Below, in pieces: positions 27,718-35,031 of a DNA stretch of 64,000 bases; position 1 is the first letter of the stretch; every line of letters begins with the position of its first letter. Where the stretch lies: the NCBI GenBank assembly GCA_035416785.1, contig DAOLNX010000002.1, positions 867 through 64,866 of the forward strand, in the 5' to 3' direction. The notes beneath the pieces are model-generated. The model ran no database searches, was not told the origin of the DNA, and worked only from the letters and a program-made list of their open reading frames with translations. This DNA comes from Smithellaceae bacterium. GTDB lineage: Bacteria; Desulfobacterota; Syntrophia; Syntrophales; Smithellaceae. A program made the position numbers and the translations under genes.

Positions 27718-29838
27718 ATGAGTTTTGGTCAAAGAGTTTTTTGCGGACAGGTGACGAAGGAGAATGTCGGCCGCCAGGTGCGGCTTTGCGGGTGGGTGGA
27801 TGCATTCCGGGATCACGGCGGCCTTTTGTTTGTCCATCTGCGCGATCGCAGCGGTATTCTGCAAATTGTTTTTAATCCGGAACTTGCCTCGGGAGAGGTT
27901 ATGCTCCGGGCATCGGCGCTGCGCTCCGAATATTGTATCACCGTTGCGGGCGAGGTGAAAATCAGGCGGGAAGGCACGGAAAATCCCCACATCGAAACGG
28001 GCGACGTCGAGGTCATTGTTACGGAACTGACCGTGCTTTCCGAAGCGGATGCGCTTCCTTTTGCCGTTTCGGAAAAGGCAATGATTGCCGGGGTGTCCAG
28101 CACCGGCACCGATCAGGTGGCAGAAGACCTGCGCCTCCAATACCGGTATCTGGACATTCGAAGGCCTTCCATGAGAGACAATTTAATGGCCCGGCATCGC
28201 ATTTTTCAATGCGTGCGTGAATTTCTGGATTCCAAAGGATTTCTGGAAATTGAAACGCCCGTACTTACGTCCAGTACGCCGGAAGGTGCCCGAGATTACC
28301 TGGTGCCCAGCCGCGTGCACGAGCGGAAGTTTTACGCTTTGCCCCAGTCGCCGCAGCTTTTCAAGCAGCTGCTCATGATCGGCGGCCTGGAGCGTTATTT
28401 CCAACTGGCCCGCTGTTTTCGTGACGAAGATCTGCGCCCGAACCGCCAGCCGGAATTTACGCAGCTCGACATCGAAGCTTCGTTTATCGACGAGGAATTT
28501 CTTTACGATCTGGTCGAGGAACTGACGGTGAAAATGTTTGCCGTCGGCGGTATCGAGCTTTCCCGTCCCTTTCCGCGTATGACGTATGCGGAGGCGATGG
28601 ATGCCACAGGCTCCGATCGTCCGGATTTGCGCTTCGGTCTTCGCTTTGTGGATGTGACAGATTTGTTTGCCAAAACCCACTATGCGATCTTTCGTCAGAT
28701 TCTGCAGAGAGGCGGATGCATTAAGGGCATCAACGTCAAGAGCCAGTCTGAAAAACTCAGCAAAAACGTTTTGCAGAATGAATATGCCAGGGAAATCGCC
28801 CCGTCGTTCGGCGCCAAGGGCATGACCTGGATGCGCGCCGAGGGCGGAAAACTGGAGTCCAACATCGTCCAGTTTTTCAGTCCCGATGAGCTCGATGCGC
28901 TATGGAAAAGGTTTGAGGTGGCCGACGGAGATGTGCTGATCATGGTTGCCGATCCTTCCTATGCTGTCGTTACGCACGCGCTGGGTCAGTTGCGTCTACA
29001 TCTGGCGCACCGTCTGGGGTTGATTCCGGAAAACCTTTTCTGTCCGGTCTGGGTGACGGAATTTCCGCTGTTTGAACCGGCGGAGGATGGATTTGTCACT
29101 TCCAGTCATCATCCTTTCACCGCGCCGGAGCGCATTGATTTTGATCCGAAAAATATCGAAGAACTGTTGTCCCTGCGTTCGCGGGCCTATGACCTGGTCA
29201 TGAACGGAGAGGAGCTGGGAGGCGGCAGCATCCGCATCAACCACCGCGACGTGCAGCGCAAAATCTTTGCGGCCCTGGGGCTGACGGAAGAGGAAACCAG
29301 GGAAAAATTCGGGTTCTTTCTGCGGGCATTCGATTTTGGAGCGCCGCCCCATGGCGGTCTGGCCCTGGGGATGGACCGCACCGTATCCATGATTCTTCAA
29401 ACCCAATCAATCCGGGAGGTTATCGCCTTTCCCAAAAACCGCAGTGCTGCCTGCCCCCTGACCGGAGCACCCTCCACAGTGAAAAAGGAACAACTGGTGG
29501 AACTGGGGTTGTTGAATATGGGCGGTCAGGATGTTTTGCCGGGAACCGCGGCAAAGGAAAACAAGCTTGATCATCTATCCTGGGTGTCGCGTATTGGTAT
29601 TTCCGGGGAAGAGAGGCCGGCAATCGAAGAGGGGATTGCGCAGGCTGAAAAACTGGCCCGGCTGGTGTCGGAAAAGGCGGGGTCGGAAGAGCCGATTTAT
29701 ACAGTGGCGCCGGTTTGCAACCGCACCCGCCCCGGAAAAGAGGCGGTACGTTCGGTTTTTTCGCAAAACGATCAGCTGTTCAAGAGCGCACCGGCGGTCA
29801 AAGGCCGTTATTTTAAAGTTGCCAGCATTCTGGAATAA
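27718..29838 (+). CDS. aspS: Aspartyl-tRNA synthetase fused in frame to a C-terminal GatC-like domain
   Basis: Class II AspRS motifs are present (FRDEDLR, GGGSIRI, HGGLALGMDR). The normal C-terminus lies near LVELGLL. The frame then continues 29563-29838 as a 91-aa GatC-like sequence ending GRYFKVASILE. ATG 27718 has AAAGGA upstream. Confidence 0.85.
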   Translation: MSFGQRVFCGQVTKENVGRQVRLCGWVDAFRDHGGLLFVHLRDRSGILQIVFNPELASGEVMLRASALRSEYCITVAGEVKIRREGTENPHIETGDVEVIVTELTVLSEADALPFAVSEKAMIAGVSSTGTDQVAEDLRLQYRYLDIRRPSMRDNLMARHRIFQCVREFLDSKGFLEIETPVLTSSTPEGARDYLVPSRVHERKFYALPQSPQLFKQLLMIGGLERYFQLARCFRDEDLRPNRQPEFTQLDIEASFIDEEFLYDLVEELTVKMFAVGGIELSRPFPRMTYAEAMDATGSDRPDLRFGLRFVDVTDLFAKTHYAIFRQILQRGGCIKGINVKSQSEKLSKNVLQNEYAREIAPSFGAKGMTWMRAEGGKLESNIVQFFSPDELDALWKRFEVADGDVLIMVADPSYAVVTHALGQLRLHLAHRLGLIPENLFCPVWVTEFPLFEPAEDGFVTSSHHPFTAPERIDFDPKNIEELLSLRSRAYDLVMNGEELGGGSIRINHRDVQRKIFAALGLTEEETREKFGFFLRAFDFGAPPHGGLALGMDRTVSMILQTQSIREVIAFPKNRSAACPLTGAPSTVKKEQLVELGLLNMGGQDVLPGTAAKENKLDHLSWVSRIGISGEERPAIEEGIAQAEKLARLVSEKAGSEEPIYTVAPVCNRTRPGKEAVRSVFSQNDQLFKSAPAVKGRYFKVASILE

Positions 29839-29849
29839 AGGAAAACATT

Positions 29850-31046
29850 ATGGATTCAATTTTTTTCCATCGCCATTTTGAAGAAACCGTTTTACCGGAC
29901 GGCATTTTGAAGGGATTGAAGATTGCGATTCAGCCCAATATCTCCGTTGCTGGCTGGCCGACGGAAGCAGGCTCTGGCGCTCTGACCGGTTTTCGAGCAC
30001 TGGAGGACGCAACGCTTTACCGTCTGATTCGTGAAGCGGGGGCGTACGTTTGCGGTTCCACGCGTATGAGCGAATTCGGTTTCGGCCTGACCGGTAGCAG
30101 AGCCGGCAAAGCGCTGATTTCGCAGGAAGCAGATGTGGAGCTGGTTTTGGATATGACGGGCGAAAGCCGGCTTGCGGCCGCCGGAGCTTCTGTCTGCGGC
30201 TTGAAGCCCAGTTGGGGGCTGGTATCTCATTTGGGCCTCATCGGTTTGATTCCCTCCATGGAATGTTGTGGGATTATTTCAGAAAATATCAATAATATCC
30301 GTATTATACTAAAGTCGGTCGCGGGACCGGACGAGAGGGATTTTTCAATGCCCGATGAAGAAATTCCGGATTTCGAGCCGAAGGGTGTTGATCCGGCAAA
30401 AATCGCAGTCGGCATTCTTACGGAAGTGCAGGACGCTTTACCGTCCACGGAGCAAAACCTTTTTCGCCGGGAGGTGGATGATCTGAAAAAACAGGGGATT
30501 CCCATCAGAGAACTGTCCCTGCCCGATTTTCCTCTGTTTATGGCGGTTCATCAAGTTGTCGGTTCGGTGGAGGCTTCTTCTGCGGCCGGCCGGTATGATT
30601 CCGTTCGCTACGGGCGCCGGGCGGCGGGCTCCAAAAACTGGAACGAGATGTATCTGGCCTCGCGCGGGGCGGCTTTTGGACCGCTGCTGAAGAGCTATCT
30701 GTTTCAGGGGGCGTATTTTCAATTTCAAAACTATCGCGCGTATGAGGACGCCTGTCGTTTGCGGGCGCGTCTTTGTCAGCAAATGGAAAAGCTATTTACA
30801 GAGACCGACTTTCTGCTCTTTCCGGCATTCCGCAGGGGCCTGTCGGAGAAGTCTTTGTCGCTTGCCGACACGTATGCTCAGTTTGCGGAAACGGCTTTCG
30901 CCAATGTGGCCGGATGTCCTGCATTTTACATACCGCCGGTTGCAGAAGAACGGGTCGGAATACAGCTGGCCGGACCCAGGCGAAGCGATGGACGGCTTCT
31001 GAATTTTGGCGAATATACGCAAAATTTGCGCCGGGGAGGTCATTAA
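29850..31046 (+). CDS. gatA: GatA-like amidotransferase subunit A, shortened and divergent (398 aa)
   Basis: GatA-specific blocks are present: GLKPSWG, VEASSAAGRYDSVRYG and NVAGCPAFYIP. It lacks about 50 N-terminal residues and about 20 residues of the amidase signature. It has IQPN where GatA has IKDN. AAGGA lies 7 nt upstream of the ATG. Confidence 0.75.
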   Translation: MDSIFFHRHFEETVLPDGILKGLKIAIQPNISVAGWPTEAGSGALTGFRALEDATLYRLIREAGAYVCGSTRMSEFGFGLTGSRAGKALISQEADVELVLDMTGESRLAAAGASVCGLKPSWGLVSHLGLIGLIPSMECCGIISENINNIRIILKSVAGPDERDFSMPDEEIPDFEPKGVDPAKIAVGILTEVQDALPSTEQNLFRREVDDLKKQGIPIRELSLPDFPLFMAVHQVVGSVEASSAAGRYDSVRYGRRAAGSKNWNEMYLASRGAAFGPLLKSYLFQGAYFQFQNYRAYEDACRLRARLCQQMEKLFTETDFLLFPAFRRGLSEKSLSLADTYAQFAETAFANVAGCPAFYIPPVAEERVGIQLAGPRRSDGRLLNFGEYTQNLRRGGH

Positions 31047-31048
31047 AA

Positions 31049-32476
31049 ATGGAATTTGAAGCGGTTATCGGATTGGAAATACATGTGGAACTGAATTGCC
31101 GGACAAAACTGTTTTGTGATTGCCCGAATAATCCCGGCGATGAACCCAATGCCAACACCTGTCCGGTCTGTCTGTGGTTTCCGGGCGCCGTGCCCCGTTT
31201 AAGTCAGGAAGCCCTTGAAAAAGCTGTTCTTTTGTGCATGGGACTGGGCGCTCAACTCCAGCCCCGCAGCGCTTTTGATCAAAAGGTTTATTACTATCCG
31301 GATTTGCCCAAGGGCTACCAGTTATCCCAGGCCCACCTGCCGCTTTCACGCGGTGGCGGCATTGATATTATGGATGAAAACGGAAAAATGCAAAGGTTGC
31401 GCATCCATCACATCCATATGGAGGAGGATGTCGCCAAATTGGTGCATGAAATGGAAGGGCGCCAGCCAATCAGTCTGGTGGACTTCAACCGCGCCGGCGC
31501 TCCTCTTGTGGAAATTGTGACGGAACCGGATTTTCGCACACCTTACCAAGCGATGGAATTTCTTAAGGCGTTGCGCACACAGGTGCGCTACGTGGGAGCG
31601 TCTGAATGCAGCATGGAAAACGGCACGATGCGCGCCGACGCCAATATTTCCATCCGTCCCCGGGGCTCAAACGAAATGAACACGAAGGTGGAGGTCAAAA
31701 ACATGAACTCTATCCGCCATGTGGGAGATGCCATCGCTTTTGAGATTACCCGCCAGACCGCAGCCGTTCACGACGGGAAGCCGGTCATTTTACACACTCG
31801 GCTGTGGGATCCGGACAAGAAAGTTACTACCGCCATGCGGGGCAAGTTTGAAGGTCCGTGTGTTCCCGATCCGATGGTGCCGGTCATTGAATTGTCATCG
31901 GACTGGATCGAAAAGATGCGTTCCCGGCTTCCGGAAATGCCCGCAGTCCGGGCCGCTCGTTTTGTTTCGCGGCATGGCCTGACCGGTGAAGAAGCAGCTT
32001 TTTTAAGCGCCGATCCGGACGTGGCCGGCTATTTTGAGGAATTGCTGGCAGAAGAAATTGCTCCGCGCATGGCCCTGCATTGGTTGACCACGCAGTTGTT
32101 GCCGGCATTGAAAGAGCGTAAACAGGAGGTGAGTGCTTCTCGTGTGACTTCCCAACGTTTCGGGGCGCTTTTGAAAATGCTGTCTCGTGATGAAATCAAC
32201 GCCAACGCCGCACGTGAAACCCTGACCTGTATGTTTGAGAATGATGACTCTCCCGAAGTCATTGTCGGCGCTCGGGGATTCCGGCAGGTTTCCGATGTTG
32301 CGGCGCTTGAATCTTTGATAGAAAAGGTGCTGGGTGAGCAAACGGAAGCCGTTACCGACTTTCACAGCGGCCAGGGAAAAGCAATGGGATTTCTCATCGG
32401 CCAGGTGATGAAGGCCTCCGGCGGCAAAGCCAATCCGAAAATGATCCGGGAATTGCTGGCAGCCAAGCTTTCATAA
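31049..32476 (+). CDS. gatB: Asp/Glu-tRNA amidotransferase subunit B
   Basis: MEFEAVIGLEIHVELNCRTKLFCDCPN…DLPKGYQLSQ…NRAGAPLVEIVTEPD… and a C-terminal YqeY-like tail. Starts 2 nt after the gatA stop. Confidence 0.92.
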   Translation: MEFEAVIGLEIHVELNCRTKLFCDCPNNPGDEPNANTCPVCLWFPGAVPRLSQEALEKAVLLCMGLGAQLQPRSAFDQKVYYYPDLPKGYQLSQAHLPLSRGGGIDIMDENGKMQRLRIHHIHMEEDVAKLVHEMEGRQPISLVDFNRAGAPLVEIVTEPDFRTPYQAMEFLKALRTQVRYVGASECSMENGTMRADANISIRPRGSNEMNTKVEVKNMNSIRHVGDAIAFEITRQTAAVHDGKPVILHTRLWDPDKKVTTAMRGKFEGPCVPDPMVPVIELSSDWIEKMRSRLPEMPAVRAARFVSRHGLTGEEAAFLSADPDVAGYFEELLAEEIAPRMALHWLTTQLLPALKERKQEVSASRVTSQRFGALLKMLSRDEINANAARETLTCMFENDDSPEVIVGARGFRQVSDVAALESLIEKVLGEQTEAVTDFHSGQGKAMGFLIGQVMKASGGKANPKMIRELLAAKLS

Positions 32477-32544
32477 TGGGAAGACACCGTAATCTGTAAT
32501 CCATATGGCGAGAACCATGTCAGCGACACCCGTACGGTTTGGGT

Positions 32545-34956
32545 CTATGCTTTGTCCAATTCTTTCTTAACGGCCAATCCAAGTTTCTCAATAACGTAGG
32601 GCTTTTTCACATAGGCACCGGCGCCCAGTCTCTGTGCGGAACGAACCCGATCCGTTTCGGAAAAACCGCTCACGATAATCGCCTTCTGTGTAGGGTTGAT
32701 TTCCAGGATTCGCTGATAAGTGTCAAGACCATCGATCCCGGGATCCATGATCATGTCCAGGACAACCAAATCTGCCTTGTGGGTTTTGAGATATTCCACT
32801 GCTTCTTCGCCTCCCGCAACCATGTGAACATCGTATTGGAGTTTGCGGAGCATGGTGGATGCCAATTCGCGTTGTCCAGGGACATCATCCACAACGAGAA
32901 TGGATTCTCCCTTTCCTCGGTATTCGGAAATATCGATGAATTCCTTTTCCGTGTCTTTCTCCTGTTTTGTTACCGGGAAATACAAAGTGAATATCGTTCC
33001 TTTTTCCAGTTCACTTTGGACATCAATGTAGCCGTTGTGGTCCTTTACGGTTCCCCAGACCACGGCAAGTCCAAGTCCTGTTCCGCTTCTCCCCATGACC
33101 TTCTTTGTGTAGAAAGGTTCGAAGATCCGGTTGGTGTCCTGTGCCGATATGCCTTCCCCCGTGTCGGAAACGGTAAGCACGACATAATGATCCTCCCGGA
33201 CTTCATCATAACCATGCACGGGACGATCCAGGTATTTGCTGCTTGTTTTCAAGGAAATCAGGCCGCCTTTGGGCATGGCTTCGGCGGCATTGGAAATGAG
33301 ATTGGCAATGGTTTTTTCAAGGTGGACTTTTGACCCCATGATATTGGGAAGCTCTGCTTGGCACTCCGTTTGTATTTGCAGATGGGGATGATAGGATGAC
33401 AACTTTTCTAATTCCGGGCTTTTTTGATAATCCAAAAGGATGGTGTTCAGATTGACGGAGCTTGTTTTCTGGACGCCTCTTCTGGCCAATGTCAGCAGAT
33501 CCTGAACAATAGCTGCCGCCTTCTGACTGGCGTCCTTGATATGAGCAACATGCGGTCTGATCGGGCTCGATTGGTCGATGTCATCCAGGATGATTTCCGA
33601 ATACCCCACCATGATGCCGAGCACATTATTGAGATCGTGCGCAACCCCGCCTGCCAGCCTTCCCAATGCCTCCATTTTTTCCGCGCGATTCAGCCGTTGA
33701 TAAAGTTGGAGCTTTTCTTCTTCAGCCGCTTTTCTTTCCGTGATATCAATCACCTGGATGAGAGATCTCATTTTGCCTGCTGAATCCATATAGACCGCGC
33801 TTAAGACCTCGCCAAAACGTTTTGAACCGTTTTTCCGGATAAAGGAAAATTCATAATGAGACGGGACATCTTCTCCACGTTGACGGCGCTGGTATCTTTC
33901 GAGTCCTACTAACTGGCTTTCTTCCGTCAGAAGAAAAGCGAAGTTTCTGCCGAGTAGTTCTTGCTTGGAATAACCAGTGATTCTGCATAATTCTTCATTC
34001 ACATAAATATAACGGGCGGCGTCATCCACAATGGCAATACCGGTAAGGGATCTTTCAACCGCGGAGCGGAATTTTTCCTCACTTTCCCGAATCATTTGAT
34101 CCGCACGCCTTCGCTCGGTAATGTCGATCAAATTGCCCACGACTTTGATCGGGCGGTTGCCTTCCAGCACCGGTTGGGCCATGGTCTGAATCCAGATACG
34201 ACGGCCATCGGCAGTGTTGAGTGGAAACACCAGGTCATAGGGTTGACCTTCCTGTACGCAACGTTGAAAAGCTGCCTGGATAACCGGACGGTCTTCAGGG
34301 TCATAGCAGGCCAGACTGCGTTTGATATGTTCGGGGGAACCTGCCTCAAATTCGTCGGACAAAAAACCGTGAATGCGGTATGTTTCGTTTGTCCAGGTCA
34401 TGGTCTGCCGCATTACATCCCATTCCCAGCCGCCGATTTTTGCCAGGCGCTGTGTTTCATCCAGCAGATTTCTGCTGTGACGCAAGGTCTCTTCCACGCG
34501 TTTGCGTTTTGTGATGTCTCGGCAGGCAGCTACACGAACCTGCTTTCCATGGTAGGACATTTCCCTTACCTGGATTTCTTCGATGAATGTAGAGCCGTCC
34601 TTCCGTCTTGCGCAAACTTCATAAGGTCCTGTGTCGCCGTGATTAATTTTTTCCAGCATGATCGCCTGATATTCAGGAACAATCAGATCATAGGCGCTCA
34701 TGCGTTTTAACTCTTCGAGTGTATATCCGAACATCTCCACAAAATGAGAGTTCACATCAATTGTTTTGCCGTGGTCATGAATGAGAATGCCCTCGTAACT
34801 GGCTTCCGAGAGCGTGCTGTAGCGCTCTTCGCTTTCCCGAAGAGCCTCCTGATCACCTTGAAAAAGCGTTCTGGAGTGTTCCAGTTCCTGAATTCTCTTC
34901 CTGAGTGCGGCGTTCTCTTGGATAAGTTCTTGATAGTTATCGGTATGATCGGACAT
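32545..34956 (-). CDS. Hybrid sensor histidine kinase (coiled coil, three PAS, HisKA, HATPase_c, receiver)
   Basis: 803 aa. Three PAS-like blocks, each ending in DIT(K/E)RK(R/A). H-box GGVAHDLNNVLG. DTGEGI…GTGLGL. Receiver ILVVDD…LDMIMDPGIDG…K. Confidence 0.9.
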   Translation of the reverse strand: MSDHTDNYQELIQENAALRKRIQELEHSRTLFQGDQEALRESEERYSTLSEASYEGILIHDHGKTIDVNSHFVEMFGYTLEELKRMSAYDLIVPEYQAIMLEKINHGDTGPYEVCARRKDGSTFIEEIQVREMSYHGKQVRVAACRDITKRKRVEETLRHSRNLLDETQRLAKIGGWEWDVMRQTMTWTNETYRIHGFLSDEFEAGSPEHIKRSLACYDPEDRPVIQAAFQRCVQEGQPYDLVFPLNTADGRRIWIQTMAQPVLEGNRPIKVVGNLIDITERRRADQMIRESEEKFRSAVERSLTGIAIVDDAARYIYVNEELCRITGYSKQELLGRNFAFLLTEESQLVGLERYQRRQRGEDVPSHYEFSFIRKNGSKRFGEVLSAVYMDSAGKMRSLIQVIDITERKAAEEEKLQLYQRLNRAEKMEALGRLAGGVAHDLNNVLGIMVGYSEIILDDIDQSSPIRPHVAHIKDASQKAAAIVQDLLTLARRGVQKTSSVNLNTILLDYQKSPELEKLSSYHPHLQIQTECQAELPNIMGSKVHLEKTIANLISNAAEAMPKGGLISLKTSSKYLDRPVHGYDEVREDHYVVLTVSDTGEGISAQDTNRIFEPFYTKKVMGRSGTGLGLAVVWGTVKDHNGYIDVQSELEKGTIFTLYFPVTKQEKDTEKEFIDISEYRGKGESILVVDDVPGQRELASTMLRKLQYDVHMVAGGEEAVEYLKTHKADLVVLDMIMDPGIDGLDTYQRILEINPTQKAIIVSGFSETDRVRSAQRLGAGAYVKKPYVIEKLGLAVKKELDKA

Positions 34957-35031
34957 GTGAAAAAAGAACTCCTATATCTAAAATGAATATTCCATGCTGG
35001 AAAGATCGTGGATGATGAATGATGGATAACT

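Noticed and set aside
25461-28140. Several 150-230-aa minus-strand ORFs (25461-26129, 26244-26805, 27457-28140).
   Set aside because: All are antisense to the acylase gene or aspS. They are Arg/Gly/His-rich shadow frames.
30773-31048. Upstream extension of the gatB ORF (track start 30773) overlaps the gatA 3' end.
   Set aside because: The canonical GatB N-terminus MEFEAVIGLEIH begins at ATG 31049, 2 nt after the gatA stop. The extension has no GatB similarity.
32539-33333. 264-aa plus-strand ORF.
   Set aside because: It is antisense to the HATPase/receiver part of the 803-aa kinase and has no motifs. It is a typical shadow ORF.
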